From assembly GCF_035084215.1 (NCBI RefSeq), contig NC_090346.1:41540001-41604000 (forward strand): 64,000 nucleotides of DNA, written 5' to 3'. The DNA comes from Heptranchias perlo (lineage: Eukaryota). Every line of letters starts with the position of its first letter. Within the stretch, counting starts at the first letter, position 1. Position numbers and translations under genes: made by a program. Below are positions 14,341 through 26,319 of this stretch, in pieces. The notes under the pieces are model-generated. The model worked only from the letters and a program-made list of their open reading frames with translations, made no database searches and had not been told where the DNA came from.

Positions 14341-15060
14341 TGAAAATCAGCTCAACCAAATAACCACAAATGTAAGCGTAAGCCCTGGCCGTCATTGCCA
14401 GCAAGCTATTTGACAGAAAAAGATATCACATCCACAACCGATCTTGTCCTCGCCCGATATTCACATGTACACTTCAAGCAGCAGTCGCTAGATAGCTATT
14501 AGGAACAGGAACCTTCGTTAATTTTCCCCTCCCTGAACCCAAGGACACAGTGGCGAACTTTAGCACCCTACCTTTTCCCCAGCTGAGAGCTAACTCAGCA
14601 TAGACAAGGAATCAAACAAAGGTCTCTTATGGCTCAGAAACTCAACCATCGAGGCAGTAGATCTTGCTGATGTTTTCTCAAAACAAAAAGATAAACATGC
14701 TGTAAATATTTTAGACAAGCTGAATATTTAATATTTTTAGGTGAAAGCACTAAAATGACCTACAAAAAGCCAAAATGTAGATTGAAAAAAATTCTTGAAG
14801 TACACAGGTACTTTATTCAGAAGAGTGTCTTCGGCCGTCAAATAGCACTTCTGCCGATCCCAGTTCACAGGTAATACAATCCCCAATAGTTTGGTGCAAG
14901 GAGCTAGAAGCATTAAAAATGAAGTTGAGAGCTTTGATCATATCTTGCATTTGGCTCATCATGTAGCAGCACTGGTCCATGTCCATACGAAGTATAATTT
15001 TAACTGCTGCAGTTGCAATAGTCAAGATTTTAAAAAAGAAAAATCGAATCAGTTTGAGTG

Positions 15061-15410
15061 TTAAGTCCGCCGACACCTTTTCCGTTGGCAAGCTTCAGCG
15101 TCTACTGAGGAAGAGCTATCGGAATCACTGCCTGATGAGCTGCATGCAGCCTCTTTGCCACTGCCTTCATGATTCATAGAAAGGACCCAACCCAACCGAT
15201 TGCGTAGCATGCGTTTCAGACCCGGAGGTAGGGGAAGAACTTCCAATTTGTCATTGTGATCAGGCATTAGTTGTCGGAGCCGGAGGCAGCAGAGGTACTG
15301 AAGAGAGGTCGGAGAGAAACAAGATCGAATCACTTTCATACTGCTCCTCGCTGCAGTTGAACAAACCATTGGGAAGAACTTCTTGTTTTGCAGCTTAGTA
15401 GCTGCCACTC
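15061..15410 (-). CDS. SPSB3: SPSB3 last coding exon (end of SPRY, SOCS box, C-terminal CQRKRCRRT)
   Basis: Acceptor ataaAG; SOCS box [12 protein letters not shown]...LPLPPGLK; C-terminus CQRKRCRRT* as in SPSB3. The six exons sum to 1074 nt = 357 aa + stop. Confidence 0.94.
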
Positions 15411-16555
15411 CTTTATAAGGAAAAACACTTGGTTAATGCCAGTTGGGCACACACCATTATCTTCATTCATCTTTTCACAATACAGCAAATATTTTGGACT
15501 ATTGAAAACTTGTGTCAAATTTAAACTGCCACTCAAATATCACTAAAATATAATTTGGTTTTGCCAGATCTGCTAGCTGCCAGGAAGAAAAAAAACCCCA
15601 AATTTTAAAAAACTCAGGAGCAAAAAGAGCTGATTTCACCATTTTCTCCTAATGCATCGAGTTATTGGCCAATATCCCATAAAATATGGACTTTGAAAAT
15701 ATACAAATTATGTCTTGTCCCAAGATTTTCAATAGAATACAGAAAAATCAGAAACTAAGTTGGAAAAATTATATTTCACTTCATCGAGGCTTTTATATTA
15801 CGATAACTGCAAGTGAGGGCAAAAACTTACCGATAAGACCCTAAAATTGCCATTAGTATTTGCATAATACATAGCTAGAGAAAACTCAATTTTAATGGAA
15901 AATAAAGAACTAAACAGCACTCAGTGCATAAGTCTCAAAGTGAGTCTGCAGGTGCAAGTGGCTTATATTGTGACATAAGTAATTTATTTTGCGTGAAGTA
16001 TCAGTTTTCAACATGTAATATTCATGAAACTTTTTTAAAAACCTGTTCTGTTGGTTGTTTTCCGGTGTATGGTGATATAGTGAGATTATAGTTGCAAGAG
16101 AGTGTTTAAGTTTTTGCTGCTGGATGCCAATTCATTAGAAAAGAACCGATGGTCACTTAGAATGCATCACCACTTAGACTTCCCACCTTTTATTTAAAGC
16201 CCACGAACACCACAGTGCAAATTAAGCTGATTGTGGAACCCGACCCTTTTACGTTCACAGGATACAACTGCAGTACGTTTACAGCTTTGAGTTGAAAGAA
16301 GTAATTTAAACCCCTCAAATGTTTTGATGTCTTGTAACATAATCCAGACTGTTAGGTGATATTTATTAAAATATAGTGTATTTCTAAAAACATGTTTTTG
16401 TATAGCTCACAGTTTGCAACAACAGTAGGTCAACATCCAATCTACTGGAGATTAACAGGTAATAGTGAAAATTAACTTGAGTCAATTATATTAAACATTT
16501 CAGTTCAGGATCAATAGGTAATATAAAATTCCAACTACTTAAAACTAGATCATAC

Positions 16556-16681
16556 CTATGCATTTCCTATTTTTGAACAACGTCAGGGTACCATGCCAGG
16601 TATCCAAGTGAACACCTATGATGGAGCCCTGTCCGAATCTTGTTGAGAAGTGAATCTTGGCACCTTTGTGATGCAGTACAC
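16556..16681 (-). CDS. SPSB3: SPSB3 coding exon 5 (VLHHKG...[28 protein letters not shown])
   Basis: Not in the ORF track; read directly from the reverse strand. Acceptor ttgtAG, donor G|GTATGA; 126 nt. Confidence 0.92.
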
Positions 16682-17529
16682 CTACAATAAACAAATTGAA
16701 TATTTTTTTTAAACCTCAGCTATAAACACATGAAGACTACAACTTTATTCAAAATGATCTATTGCACATGTATAAATAAGATTCAAATAAAAGTAGCTTT
16801 TAGAAATCATTTAAATTTTATAAACTCTGATAGAAATTAGAGAGAGGTTTAAAAACTTAGGGATGGTCTCAAAATTCTTGCCCGTATCCAAAGAGTATTG
16901 AGTTTCAAGATCTCCTTCAGTATGAGGCTTGCACGTGAAAATCGGATCCTTTTCACAAAACTACTTTAAAAATTGCATCCAATTACAGAAAACAGAGTGC
17001 AAACAAAACATTTTGCACTGAAAATCAATCCTGTTTGCACAGAATTCCAACTTGTTCACAGAAATTATGTATGCATACAATGTCCAAGAACAATTTCATT
17101 TACTGTCCTTTCTTCTCCCAATTTGCCCCCAGTTTTGTGGCTACATTTTTTATTTCTCCATTCCCAGTCAACTTCTTGCTCACTTTTCCTAGTGAGCAGA
17201 GTCTCACAAGGCTTGTATATATTATCCAAAGCATTGGTGAAACAGCTTTACAATCTTATTGAGCAGTTTCATCAGTGCTAAGTAAAAGGGAAAAAAAGCA
17301 CTCCCCTCCACAGCTGAACTCCTTCCTTGGCTGGAAGTGGAATGGAGACAGCAGGACAGGTTCAAGAGAGTGTGCTGTTGCATCCGCAAGTACAGTTATG
17401 CTTTGATCCTCTAAAATAGCATACAAACCACCTTCAATTTAGATGGAGGGCTGGTATTGTTGATTTGAAAACTGACCAAAAACAAGGAAAAGTACCCTAG
17501 TATTTCCAAACATTTCACAAGAGTAGTAC

Positions 17530-17632
17530 CTGTATAGGAGAGACCCCAGCTATTTTCATCCTTTCCCAGTAAGCTGCAAAAGGTATGACGAAATTTGTCC
17601 AGTTTGACATCAGTTGTTCCTATTCCTACCAT
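17530..17632 (-). CDS. SPSB3: SPSB3 coding exon 4 (MVGIGTTDV...SWGLSYT)
   Basis: Acceptor tatttAG, donor G|GTACTA; 103 nt; SPRY motif [16 protein letters not shown]. Confidence 0.92.
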
Positions 17633-18805
17633 CTAAATAGTGTACAAAAATAAAAGACAGGACAAGTCAAATACATCAAGTTACAGAAGGTAGATAATAC
17701 TCTAATCGCTATGGTTAGATGCCATGAGTATATTCAAAAAGAATGTGTTTGCAAATATTGCTGCTCATAGTGCCCACATTAATTCTTCCTCCTGCATGTT
17801 ACCTCAACAGAAATCATTAAGTACATTAACATTTGTCTTAGTGTAACAATGGATAGATTTAATGCACTGTACAGGAAGCTACTAGATCATGACAATGTCA
17901 CATTAACATCAATGAATATACGGTTGGATCATCTTCAATTGAATAGTAATGCACATTTTATTTAAGCTCGAAGATCCAAGTCCAGCCATTCACTATCAAA
18001 AGTAATGAACCTGATGGTCAGCTTTCTGCAATGTGAAAGTTAACACTGTCAGTCAGTTCAAAACTTGACCAACAGTTACAGCTTAGAATGATTTTTAATA
18101 TTAATTTGAATGGATCTTTTACCATTTGTTTTATTTTACCAAATCTGTATCACTGGGTAGCCAAAGAACTTTGAACTGAATTCAAAGAATTCATTCTCCA
18201 CTTCAACTCTGACAAGTCTCCAACTGAAAGGCTAACTTATAACCCATCTTGTCTCTTTTCAGATGTCAATAGATCTGCTATGCAATAGTCCCCACAACTT
18301 AAATCAGCCAATTTCCATTATATCAATTACAAAATTGCCACTTCGAATGTTAAGTGCTCTGTGTATTTTGGGCAGAAACTGGTGTTCAGTGAGTAGATCG
18401 CACCTCATTAAAAAGGTGCAACTCCCATGTATACTTAATCACCTCTAATTGGTGTTGGGTTACAGCTTGCACTATTCAGCACTGACTGCATTAACAAATG
18501 TAAGGAATCTTACAAGAAGTAAATAGGATCTCATTATGGTCTAATTACCTTTGTGCACTTAATTCCTCTAAATTGGGGGGGATTAGGGGGAATATACTGA
18601 CATGGATTGAGAATTGGTTGACAGACAGGAAACAGAGAGTTGGAATAAACGGGTCTTTTTCCAGGTGGCAGGCAGTGACTAGTGGGGTACCGCAGGGATC
18701 AGTGCTTGGGCCCCAGCTATTCACAATATATATCAATGATTTGGATGAGGGAACTAAATCTAACATTTCCAAGTTTACAGACAACACAAAGTTGGGGTGG
18801 AATGT

Positions 18806-19103
18806 GTCATAGAGTCATACAGCACGGATAGAGGCCCTTCGGCCCATCGTGTCCGCGCCGGCCATCAAGCCCAGTCTAATCTAATCCCATATTCCAGCAT
18901 TTGGTCCGTAGCCTTGTATGCTATGGCATTTCAAGTGCTCATCCAAATGCTTCTTGAATGTTGTGAGGGTTCCTGCCTCCACAACCCTCTCAGGCAGTGA
19001 GTTCCAGACTCCAACCACCCTCTGGGTGAAAAAGTTCTCTCTCAAATCCCCTCTAAACCTCCTGCCTTTTACCTTGAATCTATGCCCCCTTGTTATAGAA
19101 CCC
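18806..19103 (-). mobile_element. Young CR1 3' end nested in an older CR1
   Basis: TRGHRFKV..NFFTQRVVGVWNSLPE; nearly identical to the copy at ~45809-46168. Confidence 0.85.
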
Positions 19104-19590
19104 TGAGCTGTGAGGAGGATGCAAAGAGGCTCCAATGTGATTTAGACAAGTTGGGTGAGTGGGCAAGAACATGGCAGATGCAGTAACGTGGATAAATGTG
19201 AGGTTATCCACTTTGGTTGTAAAAATAGAAAGGCAGATTATCTGAATGGTGATAGATTGGGAAAAGGGGAGGTGCAATGAGACCTGGGTGTCCTTGTACA
19301 CCAGTCGCTGAAAGCGAGCATTCAGGTGCAGCAAGCAGTTAGGAAGGCAAATTGTATGTTGGCCTTCATTGCAAGAGGATTTGAGTACAGGAGCAGGGAT
19401 GTCTTACTGCAGTTGTACAGGGCCTTGGTGAGACCATATCTGGAGTATTGTGTGCAGTTTTGGTCTCCTTATCTGAGGAAGGATGTCCTTGCCATGGAAG
19501 GAGTGCAACGAAGGTTTACCAGACTGATTCCTGGGATGGCAGGACTGACGTATGAGGAGAGATTAGGTTGACTAGGCCTATATTCACGAG

Positions 19591-19748
19591 TTATAGTCCA
19601 ACAAATTTATTTTAAATTCCACAAGCTTTCGGAGGAGGAAGCCTCCGAAAGCTTGTGGAATTTAAAATAAATTTGTTGGACTATAACTTGGTGTTGTAAA
19701 ATTGTTTACAATTGTCAACCCCAGTCCATCACCGGCATCTCCACATCA
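19591..19748. mobile_element. Penelope-like palindromic insertion (45-bp arms) inside a CR1, 12-bp TSD
   Basis: Arms 19591-19635 / 19642-19686; TSD tatattcacgag at 19579-19590 and 19749-19760. Confidence 0.8.
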
Positions 19749-21006
19749 TATATTCACGAGAGTTTAGAAGAATGAGAGGTGATCTCATCAAAACATATAA
19801 AATTCTAACAGGACTAGACAGACTAGATGCAGGGAGGATGTTCCCGATGGCTGGGGAGTCCAGAACCAGGGGTCACAGTCTCAGGATACGGGGTATGCCA
19901 TTTAGAACAGAGATGAGGAGAAATTTCTTCACTGAGGGTGGTGAACCTGTGGAATTCTCTACCACAGAAGGCAGTGGAGGCCAAGTCATTATATGTATTC
20001 AAGAAGGAGATAGATATATTTCTTAATGCTAAAGGGATATGGGGAAAATGCAGGAACAGGGTACTGAGTTAGACGATCAGCCGTGATCATTTTGAATGGC
20101 AGAGCAGGCCCGAAGGGCCGAACGGCCTACTCTTGCTCCTATTTTCTATGTTTCTATAAGTGGTGTGGGGTTACAGCTTCAATAGTGATTTGCTAGTCTT
20201 GATCAATAATAATAGTGCTACCCCTTTAAACCATCCAACGTGCCCGCTAAAAGCGGTGGGGACTTATATCCATTTTTATTTCATTTTTCACTTGATGACT
20301 TCCCCATATAAGCCAAAAAAAGGAAGAACTGGCACATTCCCAAAGGAAACAAGATATTTATAAAACCAGCCAGTGGGTAAACCCAGATTGTTTTTCCAGA
20401 CTGCAATTAACAGAGGTTTTAAAGATCATCCCCTTCTGGCCTTTTAGATAGGGAATGGTGCAGGACAGGAGGCAGTAATTAATGAATGAACATGGGAGAT
20501 AGTGTTCCCGTAGGAACTGTGTGAATAAAGGATTGATAAACAGCGATACGCAATGCTTCGGGGAAATGCTTAAAAGGGATGACAATTAGAATTTTAAAAA
20601 ATCTTAAGATCTAGCACTACAGCAAAATTAACTTAACATTAGTGAACAAAATGAAGATAAGCATATACGAGACAGTGTGAAAATGAACATGGGTGTAAAA
20701 CTGGTTACCAAGTCCCAGATTCCAGCTTTAATCAAATCCAAAAAATGGCTTTTAGTGCTGCATTAACATAGAACCTTACAGCACAGAAGGAGGCCATGCA
20801 GCCCGGCAGGCCTGTATCAGCTCTTTGAAAGAGCTGTCCAATTTAGTCCTACACCCTTGTGGTGTCTCTTTCATTACTGTGCACAATTACCTTCAGTAAA
20901 AGATCACTTTTCCTGAAATGACCCACGTGCAATTAAAAGCTTAATTACATCATATTAACTGCTAACACCTTGCCCATATTTTTCTACCAAGTTTAACTGT
21001 ACCTAC

Positions 21007-21194
21007 CATATCTGTACCATATACAGGGGAGGTCATTTTTATTTCCCAGAAGTGTTGTCCCTCGCTCATTTCCTTGTCCCCACGAATGGCTGCTGTTCCA
21101 CAACTGTAATCCATGTGGAAATTCACTTCTCGGCTCTCACAGCTCAGCAGCGTAGCAGAGGACTTGGTAGAATCATCCCACACCCATTCAAAAT
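21007..21194 (-). CDS. SPSB3: SPSB3 coding exon 3 (SPRY start: FEWVWDD...[16 protein letters not shown])
   Basis: Acceptor ctgcAG, donor ATG|GTAGGT; 188 nt; frame continuous with flanking exons. Confidence 0.93.
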
Positions 21195-22234
21195 CTGCAG
21201 GGAGGTGTTTTTTTTAAAAAAAACTTTTGAAATTACCACTAAGTCATGTTTTACTCATTTTAATATTTCACGATTACAGGAACATCGCAGGTGTTGACAT
21301 GATTGTGACGAACCAAAGCTATGCCCGTGCAAATTTAAAAGCGCACAAAAATTTATTTTAAAAAAAAATTTGGGGTGGAGGGGGAAGGAAAAAGTACATT
21401 TTTAATTCCTCTTAAATTACCACCCATTATCAGAATATTTTCCAGTATTCAACTGTTAATCATAAATTTGGAAAACCTGCAGTGGTTACATCATAACTAT
21501 TAGTCCTTTAGCATGTGAAAGTTCTTCAGTGTGAATGCCATCAAGTCAAATACATAGAGCACACTAACCTTACCTGTACATTCCATGGCAACTGCAGTCA
21601 ACAAAGCAAAAAAATACAACTGGCAATAAATATCGGTTCACCTACTCTATAATATGGATCAAACAAGTACATGGGAGTGATTTGATGGCTGTAGACTTAT
21701 TATATGGTTCAGATTTTTGCCATAATTGTCAGAACTCAGGAATGAAATCACCATCTTGAAATCACTCAAACCCATTATCCTCCATTTAGTCCACTTAACG
21801 GCAAATCCAGCAGTTATAGTTTAAATTAAGTACTGGTAGCAATGACACCAGGTATTCCTTAAATGGAAATGTGTAAGCCATACTGAAAAGCAGCTATTTG
21901 AAACCTCATTCTGATTAAGTTGACTGATGTAGCTCGATTTGTGTCAGTAGGGACCCCACCTTAGTAAAGTTGATACAGCCTCCTCTTACGTCAGGAATAA
22001 GTACGGCAAATTTTCTAATTTCCCACAGTTCTGTTGTTGACTGATTTCTTAAAAGTTCTGATCTGTAGAATGTTCAATCCTGGTGCTTTATCACTGAAGT
22101 TCTTCCAGAATCACAGCATCGGGATTAAACATTTCACGTGATCAGTTTACATTTCCTACAGACTTATTAACTGCTATAACCTTACAGTGCTACCAAATCC
22201 CTTAAAAATAAAGACAATTTTTACTCATTCTTAC

Positions 22235-22409
22235 ATTCATCTTCTTCTCCACAATGACAGTCCTTCATGCGATGGAAACTGCGCATACTACCACAGTATC
22301 GGGTATCACTTTGGCTTACACAGTCACAGTATGACTCTCCTGTCACAGGTAATGCAGTTGGGATTGATGGTGGCAAATGGAATTCTGGCTCAGAATCAGA
22401 GTCGCTGTG
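22235..22409 (-). CDS. SPSB3: SPSB3 coding exon 2 ([10 protein letters not shown]...DCHCGEEDE)
   Basis: Acceptor ttcaAG, donor T|GTAAGA; 175 nt; peptide matches SPSB3 HSDSDS..LPPSIP.A.PVTGES.CDC. Confidence 0.92.
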
Positions 22410-23988
22410 CTTGAAGAGATGAAAAAAAAATCCACATGAAAAAAACATTGTATGTTACAGCACGGTCGTATCAACACTAATTCTTGCACAAATTAATTAG
22501 TTACAGTACTGTGAGCAGCTTTTCCAGCAAGAACTATTGTCTATTTTGCACCTGCAATTTTTAACCAAAGATAGAGTTGTAAAGGTTTTCAGATTTTTTT
22601 AAAAAAAATCTCCATAACAATTAGATGTGAATTGAAAACTGACCCATATTTGATTGGGTAAGAAAAGTTCACTCGTGAAAACAATGAATGCTTGCGGTTT
22701 CCAAGTAAGAAACAGAACAGAGATCTTCAGTGAAAATCAACTTTTGCCCAGGGAGATGCTTTTTGAAAGCTGCTACACACAAGGCTTCTCAGCTTTGCTC
22801 TTCAATAATAAAACTAACTACATCATTTCAAGTACTACTACAAAGAAGCAACAACTTTCACCTTGTCACAGGAAAGTTTGGTCAGCTCTCGTGCATCAGC
22901 TGCAAAGAAATCTGTAGCCTAGACTTACCCAATGTACAGACTAACGGATAGCTATATAGAAAAAAAATTGTTTGGCCTAAAAGTGATTACATTTTTTTAA
23001 AAAGCAGCATGGATTGTATGAAACTATTTGCTAACTTCACTGGTTAACATCATTGTCACAGTGGATAATTACCTTAACTCTGAATTATGCCCAACGTATT
23101 ACAGAAAACAAGAGACAATCTCTGGGACTTAACATCAAGGACAAAGAAGTTACATTCTTCATATGATTTAGCAAACTATTTTAGTGGTGGGTTTTGCAGA
23201 ACTTCCATTTTATTAAATATTCAAACTGTATGTAATTTTGCAGAAAAAAAACTAGATTAATCCAGAGACCAAAATGATAATATAAAATTGTTTATCATTC
23301 CTTTTCTGGTTAATTTTTAAAACAGGAAATTCAAATATTTGCCATACTAGATCCTACTGAATAAACCAACAGACTAAAAAGTTACAGTTAACAGTCAAAG
23401 TTCAAGCCATATACTGTCCTATAATTAGAGATCAGGTCAAAATGCACATTAAATGACAATCATTCTATAATTTTAATCAAATTTGCATTTATAGCGAGCT
23501 GATGTCATAGAAATTGCTTATCAGATTTATTAGGTAAGATTTTAAAAAATTTTCACAGAACAATTTCAAACTACAATAAAGTTACTCAACTGTTGAAAGC
23601 AGCACAACTAGTTTTCCTGCGTATGCAATGCCATCTTAAAAAAAATAACAATTTTGAATCCGGAATTAAGCCTTCTAAATCCTAGCACCATGTTGCCCAT
23701 TGGTGACTCTAAGGTGTGCTTGACCTGCTATGTAATCTAAGTCTATATCTAAAAGAAGAGCAAGAACACAGTGAATTGTATATGAGGCAACTCCACTGAT
23801 CATTAGGTCAGAGACTAGAAGATTCAAGATTGATTACTGTCTGTACTGGGTTAGCACTACAACTGGCTTCAGTTAAAAGGGATGTCACAAACTTAGGAAG
23901 GAGGTTAGAAAAGAAGATCTTATTCATTTGTAGACTACTCAGTCTGTAAATAGAATATTTCATTGCTAACCTGTGTTATATTACATAC

Positions 23989-24120
23989 CTGCCCATCCGA
24001 GTCATAACCAGGGCCAGGACCTACTGACCCATCAGGCAATACTACAGCCACAGCATCAGCATCTCGAATACCACTGTACACATACCGCCAGGCACGATTA
24101 TTTCTGGTACGACGAGACAT
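23989..24120 (-). CDS. SPSB3: SPSB3 first coding exon (MSRRTRNNRAWRYV...GYDSDGQ)
   Basis: ATG at 24120 in gcaccATG context; donor CAG|GTATGT at 23988; peptide matches the vertebrate SPSB3 N-terminus (MARRPRNSRAW...GYDSDGQ); 132 nt, phase 0. Confidence 0.9.
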
Positions 24121-26319
24121 GGTGCTCCTAAAATCTGCAACGTAGTAAGATTTGTACAATAAATTAGCTATGGCATTCGACAGCTCTAATTTTTATAAAC
24201 ATTACTTTTTAAAAAAAAATTACTGTTAGTCAAGTCTCATTAAAAGCCAAAGTAAACAACCTCCCAATTAAGCTATTTTGATGGGATGCTCTCAGAGACT
24301 GCTGTATGTACAGCACCTCCACTTTTTAAAAAAGTTTTAAAATTACAAGATACGAAGAGGTATTCAAATTAAGTATTTGTTTAAAGCTACCCTACACTTA
24401 CTAAGAGCAACGTTAGAAATTCATCGAATGTCCTTTTAAGCTTTTCACCAGATCCATGTGCCCATATATATTTTAGCATAGGGCATCTGCCAAACAATGC
24501 ACTTTTTTGTTTTGTGAAAAGCTCACCCAGTTTTATTCCCACAAGGATACAGTTAAGATTTTTCTGACATCCATGTTCTATGCCTTGAGGGGGGTGGGGG
24601 GAAAAAAAAGGTACACCATTATCCTCCTGGCTCACAAGGAGTGCTGAGAAAGGCACCTACCTTGTGGAGCCGGCAACACCCACCCCCTTTTCACTGTCGG
24701 GTTTTCCGACCCCTGGGAAAATTGCAAGGCATCTGTAAAATTTAAATCAGGCTCCCAGTTGTACTGTGGGAGCCCGATTAAATATGTTAATGTAGTGCCC
24801 CGCCTCTTCATGGCGAGACAATTGGATGCCACGAAACCAGCTGCAGTAAAAACACTAACGGACACCTACGCAGCATGTTGTTGTCGTGTTCGCCATTTTT
24901 AACCCCTCTCCCCACCAGTCGTGTGGGGCTTAACATAGAGACCCATAAGTTTGACAAACCCACCAGTTTAGGCTAGTGCGGCATCAATTTGTTTGAAGGT
25001 TATCTTCCTTTGCTCTGCTTAATATTTACAATCTTCAGGCAATGGTGAAGTGAAAGGTATCCCTTTTTGCAGCAAACAAATAGATTCTAATCACAGAAAT
25101 TACATAATTATCTCCTGTCCATAATAGACATTTTGTAAAGGCCAATGGTGCATTTTTAATAGCTGAGAGTGCAAAACTGCATTCTCATTTTGATGTTGAA
25201 ACCGGTTTCTGAGGAGCTTTTTCTTGTCCTGCTAAATGAATAGACATGGAGTTATGGTTATTGATATGACAACTAGATCATCTTTTATAGCTTGCTAATG
25301 CTTGACAAGTGAGGGCTGTTTTGTTTGCTGGGGATATTACTGAATATATTGCTGATTGTGATATGCATTGTTGATTTATGATGAATCTTTCATGGACTTA
25401 AAAGTTCAATACATTGGTGGTGCTTTATTCACTGGGTGCAATATCATTGTGTATTATGGAAGTGGAATGAAAGGACGAAAGGATGAATGAATGAATGAAT
25501 GACTGCTGTGATTTAATCCGAGTCACTAATCAGATGTGCAATGCTAAATGTGAGGGCAAGCTGATGCACAGCTGACCAAAGAGATCATATAATCACTACA
25601 GCTTTGTTCCAAAAAATACAAGTATATTGAATAGGAAAGTAAATGCTTTTGGATCCATCTTAAAAGGTGGTTATTTATTCTATAGGTTTCTTTCCTCAAA
25701 GACTCTGTCGCCTGCCTGACAATGGATCAAATTACACATTCCAGACAAAGGGTTGGGTGAGTATTGTCCTCCCATATCCTGCTGGTGGCAATACCAGAAT
25801 GTGTTACTGCCACCATAGTGGTGGCAATAGACATGACCAAGTTTTAGTGGGTCCCAGGTATGGTTCCATCAAATCCTATTACCATAAACAGCAATTCTAC
25901 TGGTAGTGCAAGCAAGACTAAATGCCATGGTCACAAAGGCATCTGTGATTGTAAACCCTATGTTTAATGTGCAAACACAGAAAAGTTAAGGGCGACAATA
26001 ACAAATCCTCACCAAATAAAGTATTAAGATTAGCAAAAATAAATCAGATCTTCGTGATGACCAAAGAAAATCTAAAACGTGGTGTGGAATGTTCTGCGCA
26101 TCCCCAAAGATGAAGAAAGCCAAAAGCAAAGCTCCATGCAACAAGCACAAAAAACTTTAATTGCATAGATGCCCAACAGAAGACAACTCCAGAAGAGCCA
26201 GATCACAGAAAGTTGTACTATATAGCACCAAGAATTTATAACCAACTCTTTAAAAAAAAGTCCATATTACCAGTCTCTAAACAACCACCTACCAAACATA
26301 TCCTGGTATTAAAGTTGAC

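Larger units (their letters stand above)
18573..20157 (+). mobile_element. CR1 LINE 3' portion carrying two younger insertions
   Basis: [33 protein letters not shown], tail ttctatgtttcta; interrupted at ~18806-19103 and 19591-19748. Confidence 0.88.

Noticed and set aside
19591-19748. CRISPR repeat, Rho-independent terminator or miRNA hairpin
   Set aside because: Eukaryotic context, no repeat-spacer array, and TSD plus family resemblance identify a Penelope-type insertion.
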